Positions 39,271-48,669 of a stretch of DNA of 64,000 bases are shown piece by piece. The DNA comes from Acidimicrobiia bacterium (GTDB lineage Bacteria > Actinomycetota > Acidimicrobiia > Acidimicrobiales > Aldehydirespiratoraceae). Both the position numbers and the translations under genes were made by a program. Where the stretch lies: NCBI GenBank assembly GCA_022819505.1, contig JAJEHD010000018.1, forward strand, positions 627,663 through 691,662. Reading direction: 5' to 3'. The notes beneath the pieces are model-generated. The model saw only the letters and a program-made list of their open reading frames with translations. It was not told the DNA's origin and made no database searches. Numbering within the stretch: position 1 is the stretch's first letter; every line of letters starts with the position of its first letter.

Positions 39271-40122
39271 CTAGCCGCGCAGCTCGACGCCGTCCAGCGG
39301 TTCATCGCCGAGGCGACCGGCGAAGAACTGGGTGACGATGGCGTTGAACGTGTCGGGCCGCTCGAAGTAGGGGGCGTGGGCGGCGTTGTCCATGATCGCC
39401 AGGCGCGAGCCGGCCAGCAACTCGTGGGCGGCTTCGCCCATCGCCAGCGGGAAGCCCAAGTCCTGGCGGCCCCACACCAGCAGGACTCCGAACCGGCCGC
39501 TGAGGGCGGCCAGCCTCTCGCCCACGACGTGGTCGTCGATGCGTTTGGCGAAGTAGTCCGAGACCCGTTGGAACGCCTCGGCCGCCCCCGGCGAGTTGTT
39601 GACGCGGACTTCCTCGCGATGCATCTCGGGGGTGACAAGGCCGTCGTCGTGGATCACCGAGTGGAGTTTGCGGTCGACCATCTCAGGGGAGGTGTCGCCT
39701 ATGAGACCCGCGGTGCGCTCCCGGGCCTCCTGTCCTATCGGGGCCATGCCGAGGGTGCCGACGAGCACGAGTCCGGCCACGCGCTCAGGGATCTCGCAGG
39801 CCACAGTGGCCAGGATGTGCCCGCCCAGCGACGTGCCGACCAGGTAGACCCGGTCCGCGCCTATCTTGTCGAGCACGGCCCGGGCGAAGGCCGCGTAGTT
39901 GGGCACGGAATGATCGAAGCGGTCGCCCTTCTCGGCGAGGCCGTGACCGGGAAGGTCGATCGCATACGGGTGGTAGCCGGCGCCGGCCAGCCCCTCGAGG
40001 TTGAGCCGCCAACGATCGGCCCGGGCCCCGACCCCGTGCACGAGCAGCATGTTCTTGTCGCCGTGGCCAGCCTCGAGCACCCGGGTCAGGGTGCCGGCCG
40101 CGCCGAGCGGGTACTGGATCAT
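39271..40122 (-). CDS. Alpha/beta-fold hydrolase (meta-cleavage-product C-C hydrolase-like)
   Basis: 283 aa. LVHGVG oxyanion motif, GTSLGG nucleophile elbow, C-terminal DNAAHAPYFERP (catalytic His region). Confidence 0.8.
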   Translation of the reverse strand: MIQYPLGAAGTLTRVLEAGHGDKNMLLVHGVGARADRWRLNLEGLAGAGYHPYAIDLPGHGLAEKGDRFDHSVPNYAAFARAVLDKIGADRVYLVGTSLGGHILATVACEIPERVAGLVLVGTLGMAPIGQEARERTAGLIGDTSPEMVDRKLHSVIHDDGLVTPEMHREEVRVNNSPGAAEAFQRVSDYFAKRIDDHVVGERLAALSGRFGVLLVWGRQDLGFPLAMGEAAHELLAGSRLAIMDNAAHAPYFERPDTFNAIVTQFFAGRLGDEPLDGVELRG

Positions 40123-40163
40123 GGCGCGGACCGCCGCCGGGGAAGGGGTCTCAACGGCGATAC

Positions 40164-41588
40164 TCAGCTTGCTTCTTGGGCGGCGGTCTCGGCGAGGTCG
40201 TCGAGCTGGGTCAGCAGCTCGCGCTCGCCGTCGGAGTCAAAGTCGCGCGGGTCGGGCTGGGCAGCGCCGCCTCCATTGAAGACCAGGTCGTAGGTGATCT
40301 CGGACGGGCAGATGTGCTTGGCCCGGTCAAAGGGCCGGCGCTGGGCCAGCACCTCGTCGTCGAAGACCTGCACCTCGCCGCGCAGGATCACCGTCTCGAT
40401 GCGCTTCTTGTCGCACAGCACCCGGATGTCGGCCAGCGGGTCGCCGTCGACGACGATGATGTCGGCGCCCTTGCCGGCCACCAGCGAGCCGACGTCGTTC
40501 TCCTCGCCCAGCACGATCGCGCAGTCGTGGGTGGCCGCCTTGATGGCCTCGAGGGCGGTCATCCCCGCGTAGCGCATCAGCAACTCGAGCTCGCGGGCGT
40601 GCCATTCGCCGTAGGGGGTGGCCGCGAACCCGGTGTCAGTGCCGGTGATGATGGGCACCCCCGCCTCGCGGGCCTTGTTGAGACACCCGGCGGTGTCGTC
40701 GAGGAGGCGGGAATAGGCGCTGCGGGTCTCGGCCGGCACCCCGGCGGCCTGCCCGAACTCGCCCAGGTTTCCCAGCAGCAGCAGCGCTGGCGCCAGCGGG
40801 ATCTGCGAGTCGGCCAGCCGCTCGATGGTGTCGTCGCGCAGGGTGTTGCCGTGCATGATCCAGTCGAGTTCGGCCGCCACCGCGGAGTCCACGTTGTTGG
40901 AGCCCCGGGCGTGCATGGTGATGCGCTTGTTGAGCCGGTGGGCGGCATCGGACATCGCCTTGATCTCGTCGCGCGAGAACGCCTCGAAGTCTCCGAGCAC
41001 GCTGTCGCCGATCTTGATCAGATCCACGCCGTTCTTGACCTGGTGACGGACCTCGGTGACCATCTCGTCGGCGGTGTTGACCACCTTGCCGATGCTGGAG
41101 TCGGGCACCCCGACCGACGACGGGTACCAGTCGCTGATGCCGTTGCTGGTGGACAGGAACCGTCCTGCGGTGGTCATGCGGGGACCCTGTATCAGCCCCT
41201 CGGCGATGCCCTCGCGGATGCCCACCCCGATGAAGTAGCTGCCACCAGGATCAGATATCCCCGTCACCCCGGCTCGCAGGACTTTGGTGACGTTCCAGGC
41301 CGACCGCAGGGTGCGCAGTTCGTGGCTGGTGTAAAGGTCCTGCTCCTCCTGCATCCGGGTCTCGCCGAAGGATGTGTGGCAGTGGGCGTCGATCAGGCCC
41401 GGCATGACTGTCTTGCCGGTGGCGTCGATGCGCACCACGTCGTCGCCGCGGGGGATCAGATCCTCGCTGATGTCATCGCCGACAGCCTCGATCACATCGT
41501 CCTTGACCAGCACGGTGCAGCCCTCGACCGCGGGCGCTCCGGTGCCGTCTATCACGGTTCCGCCGCTGATCAGGATCCACGAACTCAC
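40164..41588 (-). CDS. Amidohydrolase-superfamily metallohydrolase (imidazolonepropionase / cyclic-amidase-like)
   Basis: Frame of ORF 40164-41813. GTG 41588 follows GGGGAGG. PGLIDAHCH (H-x-H), IKIGDS, MHARG, IMHGN, GTDTG. Confidence 0.8.
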   Translation of the reverse strand: MSSWILISGGTVIDGTGAPAVEGCTVLVKDDVIEAVGDDISEDLIPRGDDVVRIDATGKTVMPGLIDAHCHTSFGETRMQEEQDLYTSHELRTLRSAWNVTKVLRAGVTGISDPGGSYFIGVGIREGIAEGLIQGPRMTTAGRFLSTSNGISDWYPSSVGVPDSSIGKVVNTADEMVTEVRHQVKNGVDLIKIGDSVLGDFEAFSRDEIKAMSDAAHRLNKRITMHARGSNNVDSAVAAELDWIMHGNTLRDDTIERLADSQIPLAPALLLLGNLGEFGQAAGVPAETRSAYSRLLDDTAGCLNKAREAGVPIITGTDTGFAATPYGEWHARELELLMRYAGMTALEAIKAATHDCAIVLGEENDVGSLVAGKGADIIVVDGDPLADIRVLCDKKRIETVILRGEVQVFDDEVLAQRRPFDRAKHICPSEITYDLVFNGGGAAQPDPRDFDSDGERELLTQLDDLAETAAQEAS

Positions 41589-41706
41589 GGTTGCCTCCCC
41601 AGTGCTAAGTGCCGCTTGCGACCATACAGCGACAGGCGTGCGGGGACCGATTCGGGACCGCGCCGACGTTGCATGAGAGTCCGGGGCGCGGTGTGATAGT
41701 GGGTCT

Positions 41707-42252
41707 ATGGCGCCCCAACAACAGATGTCCAGACTTCCACTGCTAGCCGAGAGCGAGGGACTCAGCGACACCCAGACGGCGGTGTTCGACTGGATCGTCG
41801 AGAGCCGGGGCACGATGATCCGCCCCTACGAGGTGATGCTGCACGTTCCCGAGATGGCCCGGCCCGCGGCCGAGCTCGGCCACCAGATCCGCTACGAGGG
41901 CGGGCTGAGCGACCATGACCGCGAGCTGGCGATCCTCGCGGCGGCCACGGCCCACTCATGCCCGTTCGAGTGGGACTCCCACGTGGGATTGGCCCGATCG
42001 GCCGGCGTGTCCGAGGCGACCATCGACGCCCTGCGCGACGGCGACGGCTCCGTCGGGTCGCCCGACGATGTGATCGTCGGCTTCGTGCGGGAGATGTGTG
42101 CCACGGCCCGAGTGTCGGACACCGCTTACGCCGCGGCCTCAGAGCGCCTGGGCACCGCCGGAGTGGTGGAGTTGACCACGCTGGCGGGTTACTACACCAT
42201 GCTCGCCTTTGTCATCAACGTCGCAGAGCCCGAGGGTCCCGTTCAGCCATGA
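41707..42252 (+). CDS. Carboxymuconolactone-decarboxylase / AhpD-like family protein
   Basis: 181 aa. ATAHSCPFEWDSH is the family signature region. An alternative start lies at 41725. Confidence 0.75.
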   Translation: MAPQQQMSRLPLLAESEGLSDTQTAVFDWIVESRGTMIRPYEVMLHVPEMARPAAELGHQIRYEGGLSDHDRELAILAAATAHSCPFEWDSHVGLARSAGVSEATIDALRDGDGSVGSPDDVIVGFVREMCATARVSDTAYAAASERLGTAGVVELTTLAGYYTMLAFVINVAEPEGPVQP

Positions 42253-42620
42253 CCGTTCGGGGGCTGGATCACATCGTGTTGAACGTGGCCGACGCCGAGC
42301 GGTCCATGCGCTGGTACCGCGACCGCCTCGGGTTGGAGCCGGAGCGGTACGAGGAGTGGAAGGCGGGCGACGCGCCATTCGTGTCGGTACGCATCGACGA
42401 GGGCACGATCATCGACCTCTTCGAGACCGACCGGAGCGGGGAGAACCTGAACCACTTCGCACTGTGGGTCACCGGCGACGTGGAATCGATCGTGGCGCAC
42501 GACGATGTGGAGCTGGTGCGCCGGGCGCCGCGGGTCTTCGGGGCCCGGGGCTGGGGCTCGGCGGTCTACGTCCGCGACCCCGACGGCAACGAGGTCGAGC
42601 TCCGGCAGTACGACCTGTAG
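42249..42620 (+). CDS. Single-domain VOC/glyoxalase-family protein
   Basis: ATGA overlap with the upstream stop. LDHIVLNV...HFALWV...VYVRDPDGNEVEL. Confidence 0.8.
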   Translation: MTVRGLDHIVLNVADAERSMRWYRDRLGLEPERYEEWKAGDAPFVSVRIDEGTIIDLFETDRSGENLNHFALWVTGDVESIVAHDDVELVRRAPRVFGARGWGSAVYVRDPDGNEVELRQYDL

Positions 42621-42635
42621 ACGAAGGGGTTGCGG

Positions 42636-43463
42636 TCAGGCCAGGCCGGCGAAGTCGACCTGGTTGGTCGTGAACCAGGCCATGAACCCGTGGTCGGCGA
42701 CCATGTTGTTGCCGTTCATGGCTGCGCTGGCGTCGGAGCCGAGCATCACCAGGGTGCGGGCGATGTCGACCGGCGTGAGGATCCCGGCCGACTGGTCAAC
42801 CATCCAGTCGATGACCTTCTCGGTCATGTGGCGGCGGAAGTCGTGCAGCAGCGGCGTGTCGATCACGCCGGGGCATACGCTGTTGGTGCGCACGCCGTAG
42901 TCGAGGTAGCTGCTGCGGGAACCGTGCATGGTCCAGACCTGAGCCACCTCCTTGGAGAACTCGTAGGGCGCGGGGTCGACCAGTTCGCCGTGCTCGGTGA
43001 TCCAGGCCAGGGCCTCGTCCCAGCCATCGACCGCGATCAGCTCGGAGATCTCGGCGAGGTGCTGGGGCCAGCGTTGCCCGGCCACCGAAGCGGTGTTGAC
43101 GATGGCACCGCCGCGGTTCATGGTGGGCAGCAGCCCCTCGCTGAGGCGTCGCAGCCCCAGGTAGTTGACCCGCATCACGAAGTCCGGGGAGTGCACCCCG
43201 GCCACACCGGCGTTGTTGAACAGCACGTCCACTCCCGGCCCTATGGCCTCGCAGGCCGCGTCGATCGAACCGGGGTCGCTCAGGTCGGCGGCCACGTACG
43301 CGGTGGCTGGACCGGTGGGCTCGTTGACGTCGAGCACGGTGAGGTCGGTGCAGCCCGCCCCGGCCAGCAGCTCCACCGCGGCCGCGCCCACACCGCTGGC
43401 GCCCCCGGTGAGCACCACCTTCTTGCCGGCGTAGCTGAACAGGTCCGATGGGGATGCGGGCAC
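42636..43463 (-). CDS. SDR-family oxidoreductase
   Basis: Frame of ORF 42636-43847. GTG 43463 follows AAGGAG. LTGGASGVG, NNAG, Y-x3-K (YEFSKEV), CPGVIDTP. Confidence 0.8.
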   Translation of the reverse strand: MPASPSDLFSYAGKKVVLTGGASGVGAAAVELLAGAGCTDLTVLDVNEPTGPATAYVAADLSDPGSIDAACEAIGPGVDVLFNNAGVAGVHSPDFVMRVNYLGLRRLSEGLLPTMNRGGAIVNTASVAGQRWPQHLAEISELIAVDGWDEALAWITEHGELVDPAPYEFSKEVAQVWTMHGSRSSYLDYGVRTNSVCPGVIDTPLLHDFRRHMTEKVIDWMVDQSAGILTPVDIARTLVMLGSDASAAMNGNNMVADHGFMAWFTTNQVDFAGLA

Positions 43464-43504
43464 GGTGCGACTCCTTGTGGTCTCGGCGGGTGTGAGCAGT
43501 CCGG

Positions 43505-44719
43505 TCAGGCCGGGGTGAAGGCTAGGTGGGCCTCGAGCAGGCCGTGGACGAAGGCGTTGGGCATCTCCACCTGAAGCGTTCCCTCGATGCGCTCGATGCG
43601 GGCCACCCGCTGGAGCAGCCGCTCGAAGAAGACCTGGATCTCCAGCCGGGCCAGGGCCGCGCCCAGGCAGAAGTGGGTGCCGAAGCCGAAGGCGATGTGG
43701 TTGTTGGGGCTGCGGGCGACGTCGTACGTCTCGGGATCCGCGAAGTGCTCCGGATCCCGGTTGGCCGACGGGTACATCATGACCAACTGCTGGCCCTTGC
43801 GGACCGTCTGGCCCGCGATCTCGGTGTCGGCGGTGGCCGTGCGGCACATGTTGTGGATGGGCGTGACCCAGCGGATGAACTCCTCCACTGCCGTCTCGAC
43901 GTCGGCGCCCGCCTTGAGCGCGGCCCAGGCGTCGGGACGGTCGGCGAGGTCCAGCAGGGTGCGGGCGATCACGGTGCGGGTGGTCTCGGCCCCGCCGTCG
44001 AGCAGCAGCAGCGAGTCGGAGACGATCTGGTCCAGCCCGAACGGCGAGCCGCCCACCATCCCACGCTGGTCGGACTCGACCTCGATCCAGCGCGACATCA
44101 GGTCACCGGCCGGGCATCCCTGCTTGGTGGTGTACAGCTCGGTGCAGGCCACCGCGAACTCCAGAACGGCCTCGACGCCTTCGGTGCTGCGGTACCGGGG
44201 ACCGCCGCCGGTGGCGATGGAGGCTTCCGACCAGTGCTTCAGCTTGGGCCACAGGTCGTCGTCGTAGCCGAGCAGCAGGCCGATCATCTTGGCCGGCAGG
44301 GGAGCGGCCAACTCATCCACGATCTCGGCGGTGCCCCGCTCGATCACCGGGTCGAGCAGGCCGTCCACGGTCTCGGTGATGTGGCCCCGCCAGCGCTGCA
44401 CAGCCTTGGGGGTGAAACGGCGCGACACCAGTGAGCGGCGGGCCTGGTGCAGGGGGTCGTCGGTGCCGATGATCGACTGGTCGGCCGGGAGGTTGGGCCG
44501 GTAGCCGCCCTTCTCCCTGTCGGAGCTGATGAACAGCTGCTTGCTTGTCTCGACTTCGACGATGTCGTCGTAGCGGGTGAGCACCCACAGCTCGTTGATG
44601 TCGTCCCAGTGGCACGGCGAGTTCTCCCGCAGCCAGGCGTAGCGGGAGTAGGGGTCGTTGACGTAGAAGTCGCCGTCGAGGATGTCGAGGGGCCGGGGAT
44701 CGATGGGCGTGATCGTCAT
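43505..44719 (-). CDS. Cytochrome P450 monooxygenase
   Basis: 404 aa. I-helix LLLLDGGAETT, EEFIRW (ExxR) and heme loop FGFGTHFCLGAALA. Confidence 0.9.
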   Translation of the reverse strand: MTITPIDPRPLDILDGDFYVNDPYSRYAWLRENSPCHWDDINELWVLTRYDDIVEVETSKQLFISSDREKGGYRPNLPADQSIIGTDDPLHQARRSLVSRRFTPKAVQRWRGHITETVDGLLDPVIERGTAEIVDELAAPLPAKMIGLLLGYDDDLWPKLKHWSEASIATGGGPRYRSTEGVEAVLEFAVACTELYTTKQGCPAGDLMSRWIEVESDQRGMVGGSPFGLDQIVSDSLLLLDGGAETTRTVIARTLLDLADRPDAWAALKAGADVETAVEEFIRWVTPIHNMCRTATADTEIAGQTVRKGQQLVMMYPSANRDPEHFADPETYDVARSPNNHIAFGFGTHFCLGAALARLEIQVFFERLLQRVARIERIEGTLQVEMPNAFVHGLLEAHLAFTPA

Positions 44720-44747
44720 CGCCGGGTCATCCTAGGTTGGGTACTGC

Positions 44748-45143
44748 TTACGGGAACAGGCTGCTCAGCACGGTCCAGAGCAGTACCAGGCCCGCGATGG
44801 CGATCGGTCCGGGGATGGCGATGATCAGGGCCCAGGTCAGGTAGCGCACCCAGGCGGGACGGTCGGCGAATCGACGCTGGTGGAAGGCGGCGTCAAGCTG
44901 CTCAGCCTCGACATCGGCCCGCTCCAGGCCGAGCAGCTCGGCTGCGGGATCAGCAACCTCGGTGCGCACGACCAGAACGGCGAGACGGTTGGTGACGTGG
45001 TGGGGAGCGACATCGGTAGCGGGATCCACGAGCACCGCGGCTTCGTACCCGGCCTCCGTGAGCCGGGCTGCGGCCACGTTGGCCTCCCAGTGGCTGGCGT
45101 ACTCGGCGATGGGAACCATGCCCGGCAGCGGCCTCATCCCCAT
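44748..45143 (-). CDS. Hypothetical protein, DUF2007-like N-terminus with C-terminal membrane anchor
   Basis: 131 aa, with C-terminal hydrophobic helix WALIIAIPGPIAIAGLVLLWTVL. The family assignment is tentative. Confidence 0.45.
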   Translation of the reverse strand: MGMRPLPGMVPIAEYASHWEANVAAARLTEAGYEAAVLVDPATDVAPHHVTNRLAVLVVRTEVADPAAELLGLERADVEAEQLDAAFHQRRFADRPAWVRYLTWALIIAIPGPIAIAGLVLLWTVLSSLFP

Positions 45144-45212
45144 ATGGTGCCCGCTCCGGAGGCCGAGCGGGCAGTACTCGCGCCGTCATGCCCGGCGATA
45201 GCGTGCCCACCG

Positions 45213-46163
45213 GTGAGCCCGGCCGTCGCGGTGCGCGATCTCGTGAAGGACTACAGCGCGGTCAGGGCCGTGGACGGCGTGTCGTTCGAGGTGGAGCGGG
45301 GCGAGGTGTTCGCCCTGCTCGGACCGAACGGGGCGGGCAAGTCCACCATCGTGGAGATCCTGGAAGGGCATCGCACTCGCACGGCGGGCACGGCGCTGGT
45401 TCTCGACACCGACCCGTCGTCGGCCGGTGCCTCCTTCCGCGACCGGATCGGCATCGTGCTGCAGTCCTCGGGCATCGACCCCGAGCTGACGGCCCGCGAG
45501 GCGATCGACTACTACGGAGCCGCCTACTCGCGTCGAGTGCCAACGGGTGAGCTGATCGAACTGGTGGAGCTAGACGAGAAGGCGGACGCCCGCATCTCCA
45601 CCCTGTCGGGAGGCCAGCAGCGACGCATCGACATGGCGCTCGGGCTGGTGGGCGACCCCGACGTGGTGTTCCTGGATGAGCCGACCACCGGCTTCGACCC
45701 CGCGGCCCGTCGGAGGGGCTGGGAGCTGGTCGAGCGACTCGCCTCCGAGCAGCGGGCCGTGCTGCTCACCACCCACTACCTCGACGAAGCCGAGCATCTC
45801 GCCGACCGGGTGGCGGTGCTGGCCAAGGGCCGGATCGTGGCCGAGGGCACTCCAGCCGAGTTGAGGGCCCGGGCAGGGTCGGCACTGATCCGCTTCGCGG
45901 TGCCCGACAGGGCCGAGCCGGTATCGGATCTGCTCGCACCGGTCTCGGGCTTAATCGTCGGCCGGGGACGGCATGTGGAGATCACCACCGACACTCCCAC
46001 AGCCGACCTGGCTCAGATCACGGGTTGGGCGGCCGAGCGGGGATTCGAACTCGAAGGGTTGACCGTCACCACTCCGAGTCTCGAAGACGTCTACCTGAGC
46101 CTCGTCGCTGACGACGGCGGCGACGAGGCCGGGGCGCTCGACGACGGGGACTCCCGGACATGA
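45213..46163 (+). CDS. ABC transporter ATP-binding protein (DrrA/ABC-2 exporter type)
   Basis: Frame of ORF 44880-46163, with the first plausible start at GTG 45213. GPNGAGKST, LSGGQQRR, FLDEPTTGFD. Confidence 0.85.
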   Translation: MSPAVAVRDLVKDYSAVRAVDGVSFEVERGEVFALLGPNGAGKSTIVEILEGHRTRTAGTALVLDTDPSSAGASFRDRIGIVLQSSGIDPELTAREAIDYYGAAYSRRVPTGELIELVELDEKADARISTLSGGQQRRIDMALGLVGDPDVVFLDEPTTGFDPAARRRGWELVERLASEQRAVLLTTHYLDEAEHLADRVAVLAKGRIVAEGTPAELRARAGSALIRFAVPDRAEPVSDLLAPVSGLIVGRGRHVEITTDTPTADLAQITGWAAERGFELEGLTVTTPSLEDVYLSLVADDGGDEAGALDDGDSRT

Positions 46164-46972
46164 GGACACTGTGGCGGTGCATCCGCATGCAGAACCGGGT
46201 CTTCTGGCGGACACCGGTCGCGGCCTTCTTCACGCTGGTGTTCCCGATCCTGATGCTGGTGCTGTTCACCGCCATCTTCGGCAATGACGCCTTCGACACC
46301 GTCTACGGGCGGGTCAAGAGCAGCCAGTTCTACACGCCCGGCCTAGCCGTGTTCGCGGCCGCGTCCTCCACCTACACCGGCATCGGCATCAACCTGGCCA
46401 GCCGGCGCGAACTGGGAATCCTCAAGCGGGTGCGGGGCACGCCCCTGCAGCCCTGGGCCTATCTCGGTGGTGTGGTGCTGTCGGCGGTCTGGATCGCGGC
46501 GCTGGGAGTGGTCGCGATGGTCGTTCTGGGGGTGGCGGCCTACGGCGTCAACATCGAGGCAGCCAAGGTGCCGGCCATGATCGTCACCTTCGTGGTCGGT
46601 TCGGCGTCGTTCGCCGCGCTCGGCCTGGCGCTCTCCTCAGTGGCCCGGTCGGTAGCCATGGCCGTGCCCACAGCCAACGCCACCCTGTTGCCGCTGGCCT
46701 TCATCTCCAACATCTTCGTTCCCTTCGGCACCGAGACCCCCGCCTGGCTGGATCTTCTTGGGAACGTCTTCCCCCTCAAGCACTTCGGCCTAGCCTTCGG
46801 AGAGGCCATGAACCCGCTCTCGGACGCCCCGGCATTCGAGTGGCACCGGCTCGGCGTGCTGCTGATCTGGCTGGCCGTCGGGGCCGCCGTGGCCGCGTGG
46901 AAGTTCAGCTGGGAGCCGCCCGTGATATCGGGTCGGGCCTCCCGCCGACGCCGCCGACCGGTCCCGGCCTAG
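46160..46972 (+). CDS. ABC-2-type transporter permease
   Basis: 270 aa, six hydrophobic spans. ATGA overlap with the ATPase stop. Confidence 0.8.
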   Translation: MRTLWRCIRMQNRVFWRTPVAAFFTLVFPILMLVLFTAIFGNDAFDTVYGRVKSSQFYTPGLAVFAAASSTYTGIGINLASRRELGILKRVRGTPLQPWAYLGGVVLSAVWIAALGVVAMVVLGVAAYGVNIEAAKVPAMIVTFVVGSASFAALGLALSSVARSVAMAVPTANATLLPLAFISNIFVPFGTETPAWLDLLGNVFPLKHFGLAFGEAMNPLSDAPAFEWHRLGVLLIWLAVGAAVAAWKFSWEPPVISGRASRRRRRPVPA

Positions 46973-46981
46973 CATCGCCGG

Positions 46982-47893
46982 ATGGTCGCATACGACGAGT
47001 TCGGGCTGTTCGCCGAGAACGCAGCCGAGTACGGGATCGAATGGACCGGCACTCCCACCGTTCGCCGGGAGTCGGTGGAGTTGCCATCGGGGCTTCGATT
47101 GTCGGCGTTGGTGTGGGGAGCGGGAGCACCCGAGTTGGTGCTCATCCACGGCGGCGCCCAGAACGCCCACACGTGGGACACGGTGGCGCTGGCGCTGGGG
47201 AGGCCGCTGGTGGCTGTGGACCTACCGGGCCACGGTCACTCCGACCACCGGCCGGCCCACGACTACGGCCCGGAGTCCATGGCCGGCGACGTGGCCGTGG
47301 CGATGGAGGCGCTGGCGCCTAGAGCCGGGGCCGTCGTGGGCATGTCGCTGGGCGGGCTCACCGCCCTCTGCCTCGCCGCCGATCATGGCCATCTGGTGCG
47401 GCGACTGGGGATCGTGGACGTGACGCCGGGCACCGATCACAAGAAGGCCGAGCCCATCATCGCCTTCGTCGACGGGCCGCAGCACTTCGACAGCTTCGAG
47501 GCCATCCTGGGGCGCACCATCGAGCACAACCCCACCCGCAGCGAGCAGTCGCTGCGCCGGGGCGTGCTGCACAACGCCCACGAGATGGCCGATGGCCGAT
47601 GGACCTGGAACTACGACCCGATGCGGGACTGGAAGGCCGGAGGCGGCGCCGAGATCACCTTCGACGGCCTGTGGGAGCGGGTCTCTCGCATCGCCGCGCC
47701 CACCGCGCTGTGGCAGGGCGGCGCCTGGAGCGTGATCGACGACGCCGACGTGGCCGAGTGGATGCGGCGCCTGCCCGGCACCGTCCATGTAGTGGTGGAC
47801 GGCGCCGGCCACTCCATCCAGGGCGACCGGCCCCTGGAACTGGTTGCGCTGATCGAGGACCTGCTGGCCCGGCCGGCCGCTGCCCCCGGCTAA
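46982..47893 (+). CDS. Alpha/beta-fold hydrolase
   Basis: 303 aa. LIHGGAQN, nucleophile elbow GMSLGG, C-terminal GAGHSIQGDRP. Confidence 0.8.
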   Translation: MVAYDEFGLFAENAAEYGIEWTGTPTVRRESVELPSGLRLSALVWGAGAPELVLIHGGAQNAHTWDTVALALGRPLVAVDLPGHGHSDHRPAHDYGPESMAGDVAVAMEALAPRAGAVVGMSLGGLTALCLAADHGHLVRRLGIVDVTPGTDHKKAEPIIAFVDGPQHFDSFEAILGRTIEHNPTRSEQSLRRGVLHNAHEMADGRWTWNYDPMRDWKAGGGAEITFDGLWERVSRIAAPTALWQGGAWSVIDDADVAEWMRRLPGTVHVVVDGAGHSIQGDRPLELVALIEDLLARPAAAPG

Positions 47894-48669
47894 CCGCAGT
47901 CGGAGTAGCCGGACTCGTCGAACAGGTAGCCGTCCGGGGTGATCTCCAGGCGGTGGCGGGGACCGGGCACCGACGGGTCGGCCGTCTCGTATCCGGCGTC
48001 GCCGTGCCACAGCGACACTGGGCCCTGCTTGCCCTGCCCGATGCGGGTCTCGTAGCGGCGGGAGCGGCACCGGCCTAGTCCCTCCAGAGCGCCAGCCACC
48101 GTGGTGTAGCGCGCGATGGTGTGAAGCGTTACCCAGGTCGGGGCAATCAACTCGATCTCACCGGCGTCGCGGCGGCGCATGGCCCCCTGCGGCGTCATCC
48201 ACTCGTGGTGAACGATCTCCCCCTCGTCGATGCTGACATCCTCCGACGGCGCTCTGGCCGCGAAGAACCACGTGGCGAAGCGCTTGGGAGCCAGCGGCGG
48301 CGGGATCCAGTAGGAGAAGTGCACCAGGTCCGCCGAATCGAGCACGATGGCGGCCTCCTCGCCGGCCTCGCGGGCTGCGGCGTTCCGGGCGGCCGCGATC
48401 AGGTCGCCGGTGCCGTCATGGTCGTCGTCGTCGATTCGGCCGCCGGGGAACACCCACATGCCGCCGAACGCGAGCCTCGAGTTCTTGCGCAGCATCAACG
48501 ACTCGAGGCCAGCGGGGCCGTCGCGCAGCACGACCACAGTCGCGGCCGGGATGGCAGGCGCCTCCCCGTTGCGTTCCAGCTGCCGGCGCCATTCGTCGAA
48601 CTGCAGCACCTCGCGCCGGTAGGCGGCCCGCTTCAGGCTGTCGGCGTCGGGTTCGGCGGCGTCGTTCAC
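47890..48669 (-). CDS. NUDIX hydrolase
   Basis: Frame of ORF 47890-48714. GTG 48669 overlaps the upstream stop (GTGA). Nudix box GGRIDDDDHDGTGDLIAAARNAAAREAGEEAAI. Confidence 0.8.
   Translation of the reverse strand: MNDAAEPDADSLKRAAYRREVLQFDEWRRQLERNGEAPAIPAATVVVLRDGPAGLESLMLRKNSRLAFGGMWVFPGGRIDDDDHDGTGDLIAAARNAAAREAGEEAAIVLDSADLVHFSYWIPPPLAPKRFATWFFAARAPSEDVSIDEGEIVHHEWMTPQGAMRRRDAGEIELIAPTWVTLHTIARYTTVAGALEGLGRCRSRRYETRIGQGKQGPVSLWHGDAGYETADPSVPGPRHRLEITPDGYLFDESGYSDCG

Noticed and set aside
38458-44719. Secondary-metabolite biosynthetic cluster (P450, SDR, heme-oxygenase-like oxidase, hydrolases).
   Set aside because: There is no core scaffold-forming enzyme (PKS, NRPS, terpene cyclase, RiPP precursor or maturase) and no resistance or regulator genes. 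The surrounding genes are ring-cleavage and hydrolytic enzymes, which fits catabolism.
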